Part shown: positions 22,943 to 35,449 of the stretch, piece by piece
Layout of the letters: the number at the start of each line of letters is the position of its first letter
Position numbering within the stretch: position 1 is the stretch's first letter
Assembly: GCF_004010195.1 (NCBI RefSeq)
Contig: NC_057753.1
Span: forward strand, 4,570,900-4,622,178
Length of the DNA stretch: 51,279 nt
Origin: Chiloscyllium plagiosum
Taxonomy: Eukaryota
Direction of reading: 5' to 3'
Position numbers and translations under genes: made by a program
Notes under the pieces: generated by a model
Database searches by the model: none
What the model saw: the letters and a program-made list of their open reading frames with translations, nothing else
Told to the model about the DNA's origin: nothing

Positions 22943-24030
22943 GTAACTCTGGAGGTTAGCGACGCCGCGCGATCGGTTGGAGGCTCGTCGGGGACGCTGG
23001 GGTGGGGGGGGTGTGCGGTGGAGTGGAGTGAGGGGGGTTGCACCATGTANNNNNNNNNNNNNNNNNNNNNNNNNNNNNNNNNNNNNNNNNNNNNNNNNNN
23101 NNNNNNNNNNNNNNNNNNNNNNNNNNNNNNNNNNNNNNNNNNNNNNNNNNNNNNNNNNNNNNNNNNNNNNNNNNNNNNNNNNNNNNNNNNNNNNNNNNNN
23201 NNNNNNNNNNNNNNNNNNNNNNNNNNNNNNNNNNNNNNNNNNNNNNNNNNNNNNNNNNNNNNNNNNNNNNNNNNNNNNNNNNNNNNNNNNNNNNNNNNNN
23301 NNNNNNNNNNNNNNNNNNNNNNNNNNNNNNNNNNNNNNNNNNNNNNNNNNNNNNNNNNNNNNNNNNNNNNNNNNNNNNNNNNNNNNNNNNNNNNNNNNNN
23401 NNNNNNNNNNNNNNNNNNNNNNNNNNNNNNNNNNNNNNNNNNNNNNNNNNNNNNNNNNNNNNNNNNNNNNNNNNNNNNNNNNNNNNNNNNNNNNNNNNNN
23501 NNNNNNNNNNNNNNNNNNNNNNNNNNNNNNNNNNNNNNNNNNNNNNNNNNNNNNNNNNNNNNNNNNNNNNNNNNNNNNNNNNNNNNNNNNNNNNNNNNNN
23601 NNNNNNNNNNNNNNNNNNNNNNNNNNNNNNNNNNNNNNNNNNNNNNNNNNNNNNNNNNNNNNNNNNNNNNNNNNNNNNNNNNNNNNNNNNNNNNNNNNNN
23701 NNNNNNNNNNNNNNNNNNNNNNNNNNNNNNNNNNNNNNNNNNNNNNNNNNNNNNNNNNNNNNNNNNNNNNNNNNNNNNNNNNNNNNNNNNNNNNNNNNNN
23801 NNNNNNNNNNNNNNNNNNNNNNNNNNNNNNNNNNNNNNNNNNNNNNNNNNNNNNNNNNNNNNNNNNNNNNNNNNNNNNNNNNNNNNNNNNNNNNNNNNNN
23901 NNNNNNNNNNNNNNNNNNNNNNNNNNNNNNNNNNNNNNNNNNNNNNNNNNNNNNNNNNNNNNNNNNNNNNNNNNNNNNNNNNNNNNNNNNNNNNNNNNNN
24001 NNNNNNNNNNNNNNNNNNNNNNNNNNNNNN

Positions 24031-24322
24031 CCCCTCACCCAGCCTCCCCCTCCCACTGTCCCAGTGACTCTCCCCTCACCCAGCCTCCCCCTCCCACTGT
24101 CCCTCCCCTCACCAAGCCTCCCCTTCCCACTGTCCCAGTGGCTCTCCCCTCACCAAGCCTACCCCTCACCCAGCCTCCCCCTCCCACTGTCCCAGTGACA
24201 CTCCCCTCACCCAGCCTCCCCCTCCCACTGTCCCAGTGACTCTCCCCTCACCCAGCCTCCCCCTCCCACTGTCCCAGTGGCTCTCCCCTCACCAAGCCTA
24301 CCCCTCACAAAGCCTCCCCCTC
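24031..24322. repeat. C-rich ~41-bp minisatellite abutting an assembly gap
   Basis: Unit cccctcacccagcctccccctcccactgtcccagtgactct. Confidence 0.9.
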
Positions 24323-25224
24323 ATGCCAGTAACCAATGAGGTGGAGGCTTTGTGAGGGGAGAGTCAGGCTGTGAACCCATATAATGGGGGGGGGGCAGTC
24401 CGTGTTGTGTGGAGGTTGGTTGGTCATGGAGCAGAATCAATGTTGGCGGGGATCGTAAATTTGAGTCATTGGTTGTCATGTCGGACAGTTGTTAATGCAG
24501 CGCGTGATAGCAGTTATTGTGGGATGCCTCCGGTGTTGGATGCTTATGACATGGCCGATGCTTAACGCTTCCTAACGGCCAATAATGTAAAGTGTTCAGT
24601 AGTACATTGGCTGAGTAATACTGAATGCCTGAAAATGCCAGGCAGTGGAAAATCTTGACTGTCTGGAGTGCTGCCAGTTTATTGAAGCATTGCTTGATAA
24701 TTCAGAGCAAGAACTTGGCTGAAAGAAGGCAAGCAGTGAAGATTTCTGTCTTGCACTGATCAGGAGTGGACCATACGAAACTTGGGAGTTTGACACAAGA
24801 GCAACAAGTTTGTACAGCAGGAAAACCGTGTACTGATTGGTCAGATCATTGTTGACACGAACATACAACTGGAAATATTACATGTTAATCTTAGTTCTCA
24901 GACCAGGCCAGCTTACTTTGATTGTACGTTGTGTCACGAAGGGGGATGCCAGGCAATACATGCAATTCTCCCGAAAGTAATTATTTCAACACAATGCAAC
25001 TGCACTTTTGCTGAGAGCTTCCTTTCCGTTAACCACATCGCCATCTCGATTCGCTTGCTGGGTATTTTAACAGGAGGGTCAATAATCTCGGATATTCGTT
25101 GGTCAGTAACTATAGACAGTTATCAAACAGGGACAGTCAACAATTCCTGACGTTTATTAATGGAGAGTAGTCGGTCATCGTGGACGGTTGTGATTTGAGG
25201 ACAGTTGGTAATCCTGGATGATTA

Positions 25225-25778
25225 GGTGAAAGTGAGGACGGCGGATGCTGGAGATTAGAGTTGGGAAAGCACAGCAGGTCAGGCAGCACCTAAGGAGTAG
25301 GAGAGTCGGCGTTTCAGGCAAAGGCCCTTCATCAGGAATGAGGCTGAGTCGAGGGGATGGTGAAATAAATGGGAGGGGGGTTGCGCTAGGGGGAGGTAGC
25401 TGAGAGTGTGGTAGGTGGATGGAGGTGGAGGTAATGGTGATAGGTCGGAGACGTGGGAAGGAAGATGGACAGGTGGGGCAGGTCATGAGGGTGGTGCTGA
25501 GCTGGAAGGTTGGAACTGCGATAAGGTGGGGGGAGGGGGAATGCGGAAACAGGTGAAATCCACAATTATACCGTAGGGTTGGAGGGTCCCGAGGCGGAAA
25601 ATGAGGCGTTCTTCCTCCGGCGTCGGGTGGTGATGGCGGAAGCCCCAGGACCTGCATGTCCTTGGCAGAGTAGGAGGGGGGGTTGAAGTGTTCGGCCATG
25701 GGGCGGTGGAGTTGGTTAGTGCAGGTATCCCAGAAATGTTCTGTGAAGTGCTCTGCGGGTAGGTGTCCTGTCTTCCCC
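25225..25778 (-). mobile_element. Penelope-like element 3' part (GIY-YIG remnant plus hammerhead-bearing terminal repeat)
   Basis: GKTGHLPAEHFTEH...MAEHFNPPSYSAKDMQVLG; core at 25308-25335. Confidence 0.88.
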
Positions 25779-26189
25779 CAGTCCTGGATGGTTGTTAATT
25801 CCAGGACAGTCAGTAATCCTGGATGATTATTCATTTAGGACAGATGGTGATCCCAGAAAATTATGACTATGTGATGGTTGATCATCCTAAACAATTATTA
25901 ATGCGAGGTGATTGATAATCATGAACAGTTATTAATATGATTGGGTGGTTGGTAATTCATCGCAGACAGGCAGTAATCCCTGGCAGCCCTTCGTACAGGA
26001 TGAATGTGGATGGTTATTAATAAGGCACAATCGGTAATTCAGGGCAGTCGGTCAGGCTAGCCAGTTCATAGTATGGGATAGTCATTAATCCTGCCAATTG
26101 TGAATGTGGGAAGGTTATTAATCCCAGACAGTCGTGAATACGGGACAATCCAGGATTATCAATCTGGGATTTTAAACTTTGAATGCCTG

Positions 26190-26605
26190 AAGTGTGGAAA
26201 CAGACCTTTCAGCCCAGCAAGTCCACACCGACCCTCTAAAGAGTAACCCACCCAGATTGATTCCTCTGCATTTACCCCTGACTAATCCACCTAACCTGCA
26301 CATCCCTGGGCACTACGGGACAATTTAGCACGGCCAATCCACCCTAACCTGCACATCCCTGGGCACTATGGGACAATTTAGCACGGCCAATCCACCCTAA
26401 CCTACACATCCCTGGGCACTATGGGACAATTTAGCACGGCCAATCCACCCTAACCTGCACATCTTTGGACTGTGGGAGGAAACCGACACAGACACGGGGA
26501 GAATGTGCAAACTCCACACAAACAGTTACCTGAGGCTGGAATCGAACCCAGGTCCCTGGTGCTATGAGGCAGCAGTGCTAACCACTGAGCCACCGTGCTG
26601 CCCCA
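26190..26605 (-). mobile_element. HE1-type V-SINE with a triplicated 53-bp internal segment
   Basis: Repeat starts at 26291, 26344, 26397 and partially 26450. Confidence 0.92.
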
Positions 26606-27270
26606 ATCTGTATGATCGGGATGATGTGTAATGCTGGACAGTGATTAATACTGCACAGTGAGCAATCCTAAATTGTTAATATAAAACAGTCGGTTATCTC
26701 AGACAGCTGGGTAATCCCACATGTTACTTACACAGGTTGGCAGATAATCCCTGGCGGTTATTAATTCCAGGCAATTGATACTCCTGGATGATGATCATAT
26801 GGGAAATTGAGTAACCTGGGGCGATCATTCTCAAAGGACAGTCAGTGATTTTGGAGGTTATTGAACCCACACAGTTACAGTGAACATTGGAGGTAGAGTT
26901 AGTACGTTTGCAGATGACACCAAAATTGGAGGTGGAGTGGATAGCGATCCTCAGTACAATGGGGTCTTGATCAGGTGGGCCAATGGGCTGAGGAGTAGCA
27001 GGTGGAGTCTAATTTAGATAAATGGGAGGTGCTGTATTATATATTGATCCAGGTGGGGATCCCAGGCATTTCTCAGATGGGATAGTCTATAATCCTGCAT
27101 ATTTATTGTTTGTTTTGCTAGTCAGGGGGTTATTAATACAAAGCGACCAATACCAAGTGATCTGTGTGGTTGTTAATCCCAGTCTTTAATGATCCCTGTC
27201 TTTCAATGGGCCACATGTACCAGCTGTTTGTCAGCCTCTCCTGGTGGTCCGTATTGGCAGGGATGATGTC

Positions 27271-29783
27271 AGAGAGATGTACATCACGGAAACACATCCT
27301 TCGGGCAACTTGTCCATGCCGACCAGATATCCTAACTTAATCTAGTCCTATTAGCCAGCATTTTGCCCATATCCCTCCAAACCCTTCCTATTCATGCACC
27401 CAGCCATTTAAATGTTGTAATTGTACCAGCCTCCACCACTTCCTCTGGCAGCTCATTCCATACACGTACCACCCTCTTTGCGAAAAAGTTACCCATTAGG
27501 TCCCTTTTATATCTTTCCCCTCTCATCTTGCACCTATACCCTCTAGTTCTGGGCTCCCCCACCCCAGGGAAAAGACTTTGTCTATTTATCCTATCCATGC
27601 CCCCTCATAATTTTGTAAACCTCTATAAGGTCACCCCTCAGTCTCCGACGCTCCAGGGAAAACAGCCCCAGCCTATTCAGCCTCCCCCTATAGCTCAGAT
27701 CCTCCAACCCTGGCAACATCCTTGTAAATCTTTTCTGAACCCTTTCAAGTTTCATAACATCTTTCCGATAGGAAGGAGACCAGAACTGCATGCAATATTC
27801 CAACAGTGGCCTAACCAATGTCCTGTACAGCCGCAACATGACCTCCCAACCCCTGTACTCAATACTCTGACCAATAAAGGAAAGCATACCAAAAGCCTTC
27901 TTCACTATCCTATCTGCCTGCGACTCCATTTTCAAGGAGATATGAACCTGCACTCCAAGGTCTCTTTGTTCAGCAACACTCCCTAGGACCTTACCATTAA
28001 GTGTAGAAGTCCTGCTAAGATTTTCTTTCCCAAAACCCAGTACCTCACATTTATCTGAATTAAACTCCATCTGCCACTTCTCAGCCCATTGGCCCATCTG
28101 GTCCAGATCCTGTTGTAATCTGAGGTAACCCTCTTCGCTGTCTACCACGCCTCCCATTTTGCTCTCATCTGCAAACTTACTAACTGTACCTCTTATGCTC
28201 ACATCCAAATCATTTATATAAATGACGAAAAGCAGTGGACCCAGCACCGATCCTTGTGACACTCCACTGGTCGCAGGCCTCCAGTCTGAATAACAACCCT
28301 CCACTAACGCCCTCTGTCTTCTACCTTCAAGCCAGTTCTGTATCCAAATGGCTAGTTCTCTCTGTATTCTGTGCGATTCAACCTTGCGAAACAGCCTCCC
28401 ATGGGGAACCTTGTCGAATGCCTTACTGAAGTCCATATAGATCACATCCACCACTCTGCCCTCATCAATCCTTTTTGTGACTTCAAAAAACTCAAATCAA
28501 GTTTGTGAGACATGATTTTCCACTCACAAAGCCATGTTGACTATCCCTAATCAGTCTTTGCCTTTCCAGGTAAGTGTAAATCCTGTCCCTCAGGATTCCC
28601 TCCAACAACCTGCCCACCACCGATGTCAGGCTCATATACACTGATAGACTATGTCACTGGTCTACCGTTCCCTGGCTTGTCCTTACTAGCTTTCTTAAAT
28701 AGTAGCACAACGTCAGCCAACCTCCAACCTTCCGGCACCTTACCTGTGACTATTAATAATCCAAATATCTCAGGAACCACTTCTCTAGCTTCCCACAGAG
28801 TTCTAGAGTATACCTGATCAGGTCCTGGGGATTTATCCACTTTTATGCATTTTAAGACATCCAGCATCACCACCTCTGTGATATGGACATTTTTCAAGAT
28901 GTCACCATCAATTTCCCCAGATTCTATATCTTCCATGTCCTTCTCCACAGTAAACACTGATCAAAATACTCGTTTATATCTCCCCGACTTCTTGCAATTC
29001 GGCACGTAGGCTGCCTTGCTGATCTTTGAGGGGCCCTTTTTTCTCTGTAGTTACCCTTTTGTCTTAATACATTTTTAAAACCCTTTGGATTCTGCTTAAT
29101 TCTATTTGCCAAAGCTGTCTCATGTCCCCTTTTTGCCCTCCTGATTTCCCTCTTAAGTATACTCCTACTGCCTTTATACTCTTCTAAGGATTCACTAATC
29201 TCTGCTGTCTTTGCCTGACATATGCTTCCTTCAATTTCTTGCATCATTCAGCATTCCCTATACCTACCAGCCTTTCCTTTCACCCTAACAGGAATATACT
29301 TTCTCTGGATTCTCGGTATCTCATTTCTGAAGGCTTCCCATTTTCCAGCCGTCCCTTTACCTGCGAACATCTGCCCCCAATCAGCCTTTGAAGGTTCTTG
29401 CCTATCACCGTCAAAATTGGCCTTTCTCCTATTTAGAACTTCAACTTTTAGATCTGGTCTATCCTTTTCCATCACTATTTTAAAACAAATAGAATTATGG
29501 TCACTGGCCCCAAAGAGCTCTCCCACTGACACCTCAGTCACCTGCCCTGCCTTATTTCCCAAGAGTAGGTCAAGTTTTACACCTTCTCTAGTCGGTACAT
29601 CCACATACTGTATCAGAAAATTGTCTTGTACACACTTAACAAATTCCTCTCCACCTAAACCCTTAACACTATGGCAGTCCCAGTCTGTGTTTGGAAAGTT
29701 AAAATCCCCAACCATCACCACACTATTATTCTTACAAATAACTGTCATCTCCTTACAAATTTGTTTCTCAGTTTCGCACTGAC
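27271..29783 (-). mobile_element. 2.5-kb 5'-truncated CR1 LINE (ORF2 endonuclease end, RT, 3' UTR), inactivated
   Basis: ORF pieces MVGDFNFPN, DFSKAFDKVPH, GVSQGSVLGPLLF and KFADES (FADD motif altered); several frameshifts. Confidence 0.95.
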
Positions 29784-29784
29784 T

Positions 29785-29925
29785 AGATTAGATTAGTTTA
29801 GATTACCTACAGTGTTCAAACAGGCCCTTCAGCCCAACCAGTCCACACCGACCCTCCGAAGAGTAACCCACCCAGACCCTTTTTCCTCTGGCTAATGCAC
29901 CTAACACTACGGGCAAGTTAGCTTG
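29785..29925 (-). mobile_element. HE1 SINE 3' fragment
   Basis: (agatt)n tail and 3' sequence. Confidence 0.8.
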
Positions 29926-30056
29926 GGGATGGTAAATTGTGTGGGGATGGAACCCAAAGAGAGAGAAGGAACAATTCGACTGACAAAGGTATGCACAAGG
30001 ATCAGGCTAGGAGAGGGAATGGCTGTTAATTGGGACTGTTAGTGACTAACAATATG

Positions 30057-30283
30057 ACTTGGAGATGCTGGGGTGGACAAAGTTTAAAAATCACACAACA
30101 CCAGGCTACAGTCCAGCAGGTTGATTTGGAAGCACTAGCTTTCGGAACGTCGCTCCTTCCTCAGATGGTTGAGTATGATCTTAACCTGGGCACAACCAGG
30201 TTGAAGGAGCAGCGCTCTAAAAGCTAATGCTTCCAAATAAACCTATTGGACTGTAACCTGGTGTGTGATTTTTTAACTTTGAC
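30057..30283. mobile_element. Palindromic element carrying family-B hammerhead cores
   Basis: Inverted arms at about 30079-30165 and 30200-30281. Confidence 0.75.
30133..30167 (-). ncRNA. Minimal hammerhead ribozyme (family B), core intact
   Basis: Minus strand CAT-CTGAGGA-AGGAGC-GAC-GTTCC-GAAAGCTA-GTG: CUGANGA, helix II, GAAA, UA site, 3-bp helix I. Confidence 0.6.
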
Positions 30284-30374
30284 TAACACTAGGTAGTGTG
30301 TAATGATAGGTTTTCACAATACCAAGGCCTGGTGTATGGAGTAGGGGACTGGGACATGGGATAGTTCAGGCCCT

Positions 30375-30830
30375 TAAAATGATTGTACTCTGTGTTGAGT
30401 CCGGAGGGCTGTAGGGAACCCCAAGTGGAAAATGAATGTTCCCCTCCATTGGAACACTGAGGCAAGCCTGAGACAGAGGTGTTGGCCTGGGACCAGGGTG
30501 GGGGTGTTAAAGTGGCTGGTAACTGGAAGCTCAGAGCCTTCCTTGTGGGCAGAATGTCGATGCTCTGTGAAGCGGTCACCCAGTCTACGCTTCGTTTCCC
30601 CAATGCCGAGAGAACCACATGGTGAGCAGCGAGTGCAATAGGCTCGATTGTGAGAAGTGCAGGTAAAGTGCTGCCCTCACCTGGAAGGTGCGTCGGGCCT
30701 TTGGATATGGGGGACATAAATGGGCAGGTGTTACACCCTTTGGCGGTTGCAGGTAAAGATACCCTGTGGGGGCGTGGGGTGGTGTTGGGAGTGAAGGAAG
30801 AGTAGACCAGGAAAGGCCAGGCGAGTTCCC
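30375..30830 (-). mobile_element. Degenerate Penelope GIY-YIG fragment
   Basis: Minus-strand CNTCP...IGETKRRLGDRFTEH...VTSHFN. Confidence 0.8.
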
Positions 30831-30869
30831 TGAACCTGGGTGGATGGCACTTGTAATGACACGGATTAA

Positions 30870-33800
30870 TCAAGGACACTCAGTGCCGACTGGTCACGTT
30901 TGACAAATTTGTTTGAATCTTTTGAGGAGAGTTTATGAAGGTAATGCATCGATGTGATTACTGGCCCTTTCTGATCAGGTGCCTCATTGCAGAGCGGGCC
31001 CCTTTGAGCAGTTGATTTAGTTTATCCGGGTTTGAGCAAAGCCTTTCGCAAGGTCCCACATGTGAGACTGATGAAGAAACAAAGCCACATAGGATCCAGG
31101 GTAACTTGACAAGTTGGACCCAGAATTAGTTTACTGGCAGGAGACAGGATGGTGGGTAGAAGACTGTGTGTTTTTGTGACTGGAGGCAGGTGTGAAGGAG
31201 TCAGTGCTGTGTCCCTTATTATTTGTGATATATAAAAACGTCATGATACAAGGACAGAAAGCCGAATTAAAGTACACTCGCTACCTCCGTATTCACAGCA
31301 CCACAAAATTAAACCCTTGAAAGACCCCAAAATTGACTTCAGTGGTTCCTAATTGGTCAGAGTATTGAGTACAGGAGTTGGGAGCTCATGTTGCGGCTGT
31401 ACAGGACATTGGTTAGGCCACTGTTGGAATATTGGTATATGAATAGGAAGAGATTGGAGGGATATGGGCCAGGTACTGGCAGGTGGGACTAGATTGGGTT
31501 GGGATATCTGGTCGGCATGGACGGGTCGGGCCGAAGGGTCTGTTTCCGTGCTTTACATCTCTCTGACTCTATAAGCGAACCCAGACTCTTTGAATAATCG
31601 ATTCTAGACACCAGGTTTGCAGCTTAAAGTCTTAACAGTTCATGAACAATGCAGTTATTGTAGCAGAGCAAAACTAACCAGCAAAGTTGATGTCAGAATT
31701 TAAACTCAGTAACCTTTGTTCTCAGCCTGATTCACACAGAAGACAGACAGTCAGACAGACAGTCAGACAGACAGTCAGACAGACAGTCAGACAGTCAGAC
31801 AGTCAGACAGACAGACAGACAGTCAGACAGACAGACAGACAGACAGTCAGACAGACAGACAGTCAGACAGACAGACAGACAGTCAGACAGACAGACAGTC
31901 AGACAGACAGACAGACAGACAGTCAGACAAACACAGTTAAGGATGCATTCAAAAAATCAAAGTGGCAAAACTGGCCAGATTACTTTGGTGGTTTTCATGA
32001 TACTTGATTGCGCCTGTAACCGTCTGTTTTCTTGGCTGATTTTCTTGGAGATATCGGTCAGGGCCACCTTTTGAGTTCACTCTGGGAAGTTTCATTTAGT
32101 TTCTGTTCTCTCAATTCCACTCGCTGATGAATGAAGGTGAGGCTGAAGAACCAGCAGCCAAACTCCTGAAGTGGTGGAGGCTGGTACAATTACAGTATTT
32201 AAAAGGCACCTGGATGGGTATATGAACAGGAAGGGTTTGGGGGGATATGGGCCGGGTGCTGGCAGGTGGGACGAGATTGGGTTGGGATATCTGGTCGGCC
32301 TGGACGGGTTGGACCGAAGGGTCTGTTTCCGTGCTGTACATCTGTCTGACGCTATGACGTGGATGTGGATGTAGCAAGTATAAAGAATAAGTTTGCAAAT
32401 CAGACTAAAGTTGATGTGCGGCTGGTAGTGAGGAGCATAGAACAGTACTGCACAGGAATGGGCCCTTCAACCCATGATGTTGTGCCAAACTAAACTAATC
32501 CTTCTATCTGCCCTTGGTCCATATCCCTCCATTCCTTGCATGTTCATGTCCTTATCTAAAAGTCCCCTAAACACTTCTATCATATCTCCTTCCATCACCA
32601 CCCTGGTAGCGCGTTCCACACTCCTACCATTCTCTGTGTAAAGAAGACTTGCCTCTCACATATTCTTCCAACTTTTCCCCCCCTCTCACCTTAAGTGCAT
32701 GACCCCTCGTATTAGACATTTCAACTCTGGGAAAACTGTCAACCCTATCTGTGCTGCTCATAATTTCGTAGAGTTCGATCAAGTTTCCCCACCGCCTCTG
32801 CCGCTCCTGAGAAAACGGTACAAGTTTTCCTAGCCTGTCCTGATAGCTCATGCAATCAACGTAGCATCTTGATAAACCTCTTCTGCACCCACTCCAAATT
32901 CTTCCTGTGATGTGGCAACCAGAATTGAGTGCAGTGTTCGAAGTGTGGCCTAACCAAAGTCTTACAAAGTTCTTGATTGCTGGGGGATCAAAGGTTATGG
33001 AGAGAAAGTGGGAAAATGGGGTTGAAAAACCTATCAGCCATGATTAATTGGTGGAGCAGACTCAATGGATTGAATGGCCTAATTTCTCCTCTTATGCCTT
33101 ATGGGCTTATAGAAGTGCAGTATGACAGCCTGGCTCTTGTACTCAATTTCCTCAACCATTAAAGGCAAGCGTGCCATACACCTCCTTTACCACCCTTTCT
33201 ACTGGCATGGCCACTATCAGGGAGGTATGGACCCTCAAGATCCCTCCGTACATCAATGCTGTTCAGGAACCTGCCATTATCTCTGTATGTTCCCCTAACA
33301 TTTGGTCTCCCAAAGTGCAGCACCTCAGACTGACTCGGATTCAACTCTCTCTGCCCATGATCTATATCCCGCTGTGACAACCTTCTACACTACCCTCTAC
33401 TCCAGCGATCTTTGTATCATCTGCAAACTTACTAACCCACCCGTTTACATTTTCATCCAAGTCATTTATGTATTTATCACAAACAGCAGAGGTCCCAGTC
33501 CAGATCCCTGCCAACACCATTAATCAGTGCGGCCAGAAAAACAGCCTTCCACCACTACCCTCTGCATTCTGAATCCTAGTGGACAAGTCACCTTGGATCC
33601 CATGCGTGTTAACCTTCTGGATGAGCCTACCATGAGGGACCTCGTCGAAAGCCTTACCAAAATCTGCGTTGTAACAATATGCACTGCTCTACCTCATCGA
33701 TCATCTTCGTCACCTCCTTGAAAAATTCCACCAAGTCAGTAAGACATGACCTGCCCTGCACAGAGCCACGCTGACTGTCCCTAATTGGGCCAAGCTTTTC

Positions 33801-33925
33801 CAAATGTACAGAAATCCTATCCTGAAGACTGGTCTCCAAGTCGCTTCCCACCCACCGACGTGAGACCAGTCTATAGTTTCCTCGATTATCCCTGTATTTC
33901 TCTTCTTGAACAGAGGAAACTGCAT
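30870..33925. mobile_element. Nested cluster of CR1 fragments in both orientations, with an LTR-like insert at about 31239-32002
   Basis: CR1 RT and 3' motifs at 30870-31238(+), 31352-31572(+), 32168-32345(+) and 32435-33925(-). The insert has imperfect termini gtcatga...tcatgat. Confidence 0.75.
31739..31930. repeat. Compound (GACA)n/GTCA microsatellite
   Basis: Seen directly. Confidence 0.95.
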
Positions 33926-33956
33926 TAGCTACTCGTGTTTGGTTCTTTTTCTTGAG

Positions 33957-34182
33957 ATTCTTACCCACGTAATGCAACTCCTGCGAACGGTCCAAATTCA
34001 TTAAGCAAGTACAGGCCTTTGGAGGAACCCTTCACAATGCTTGCGGAGCCGTGTCGAGAGATCTCCCTGAACAAACGGACCAGTTCTTCCTTTATGCAAG
34101 ATTTCACGTCACAGTCAGTAATGCCCACCAGCCAACCCGCGGTCACTCCCCCACAGTCACATGCCATTCCAGAAACAGTGTA
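33957..34182 (+). CDS. Candidate internal exon of gene 2 (DSYPRNATPANGPNSLSKYRPLEEPF...HAIPETV)
   Basis: Unique sequence island among CR1 fragments, open for 74 codons in phase 1 (compatible with exon 1), donor TA|gtgagt. The acceptor is a rare GAG type after a good pyrimidine tract. Confidence 0.5.
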
Positions 34183-34329
34183 GTGAGTTGATTATTTCGA
34201 TCATTCCTTAATGGCAAGATCTGGTGTAAATCGCTTTTTACACCAGGGCCTGTACTGCGCTGTAATGTCCTGTGTTCTGTAACCGGACCCCTGGTGTCCC
34301 TGAAGATATCCGGGCAATGATGAAGGAAG

Positions 34330-35280
34330 ATGGAATACATGTCTTCCTTAGCCAAGGTAACCATACAAGAACAGAGAGCGTATGTTGGAGTTACACAGAA
34401 CCTTGGTGAGGGAACAGCTGGGATATTGTGCAGTTTTGGTCATTGCACTGGACTGGCTACAGGAGGAGTTTTTCCAGCACGTTGTCCAGACAGAGAGACT
34501 AAACTGTGGGAAAACGTTATGCGGCTGGGGTTCTCTCCCTTAGAGCAGTGGAGGTTGAGAGGGGACCTGACAAAGATCTATAAGATTATGAAGTGCCTGG
34601 AAAGGGTGGATGGAAAGGCATCTCTTCCAATAACTGGGGGGCTTAGATTTAAGGGAGCACATAGAAAGCTAAGAAGAGGTAATTCATTTCAGCCAGAGGG
34701 TGGAGGGACTCTGGAACCCGCTGTCTGAAAGGCTGGTTGAGTCAGAATCTCCGGTTATATTTTAGGCAATATTTACATATTCTGTTATAGTGGCAAAGTC
34801 TCCAGGGTTCAGAAAAGATTTACAAGGGTGTTGCCAGGGTTGCCAGGTTTGAGCTATCAGGAGAGGCTGGGGTTGTTTTCCCTGGAGCGTTGGAGGCTGA
34901 GGGGTGACCTTATAGAGGTTTACAAAATTATGAGGGGCACGGATAGGATAAATAGACAAAGTCTTTTCCCTGGGGTCGGGGAGTCCAGAACTAGAGGGCA
35001 TAGGTTTAGGGTGAGAGGGGAAAGATATAAAAGAGACCTAAGGGGCAACTTTTTCGTGCAGAGGGTGGTACGTGTATGGAATGAGCTGCCAGAGGAAGTG
35101 GTGGAGACTGGTACAATTGCAACATTTAAGAGGCATTTGGATGGTTTTATGAATAGGAAGTGTTTGGAGGGATACGGGCCAGGTGCTGGCAGGTGGGACT
35201 AGATTGGGTTGGGATATCTGGTCAGCATGGATGAGTTGGGCCGAAGGGTCTGTTTCCATGCTGTACCTCTCTCTGACTAC
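34330..35280 (+). mobile_element. Two CR1 3' fragments (old 34330-34745, young 34806-35280)
   Basis: LGLFSLERWRLRGDLIEVYKIM...VWNELPEEVV. Confidence 0.92.
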
Positions 35281-35449
35281 AGACCGTGAGCTGGAGAATG
35301 GGACAAGTGTCGTCATATCCTTGTTGGCTGGTGTGCAGGCTGTAAGAGAAAAACCACACTGAGATGGAACAGAGAGAGAGAAAAAGCAGACTAACAAGGG
35401 TAGGAGAAACAGTGAGAGAGAAACTAGACCAACATAGGACAGAGAGAGG

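Larger units (their letters stand above)
22500..23049 (+). promoter_or_regulatory. CpG-island promoter
   Basis: Abrupt GC- and CpG-rich segment with reverse CCAAT 22561-22565, GC boxes at 22601-22608 and about 22690, X-box 22724-22737 and NRF1-like GCGCAGGCGC 22830-22839, followed by an ATG exon with a donor site. Confidence 0.85.
25080..27190. repeat. Highly degenerate old tandem repeat interrupted by younger elements
   Basis: Recurrent gacagt...taatcctggatg...ttattaat motifs at short, roughly 20-40 bp spacing. Confidence 0.55.

Noticed and set aside
22853..24239. 366-420 aa ORFs
   Set aside because: Artefacts of reading through the N gap.
24560..25080. Unique-looking intronic stretch as a possible exon or transposase
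   Set aside because: No convincing splice-site pair or recognisable motif; the frames I read contain stops.
27591..28454. 287-aa reverse transcriptase ORF as an active or domesticated gene
   Set aside because: Part of a 5'-truncated, frameshifted CR1 with the catalytic FADD changed to FADE.
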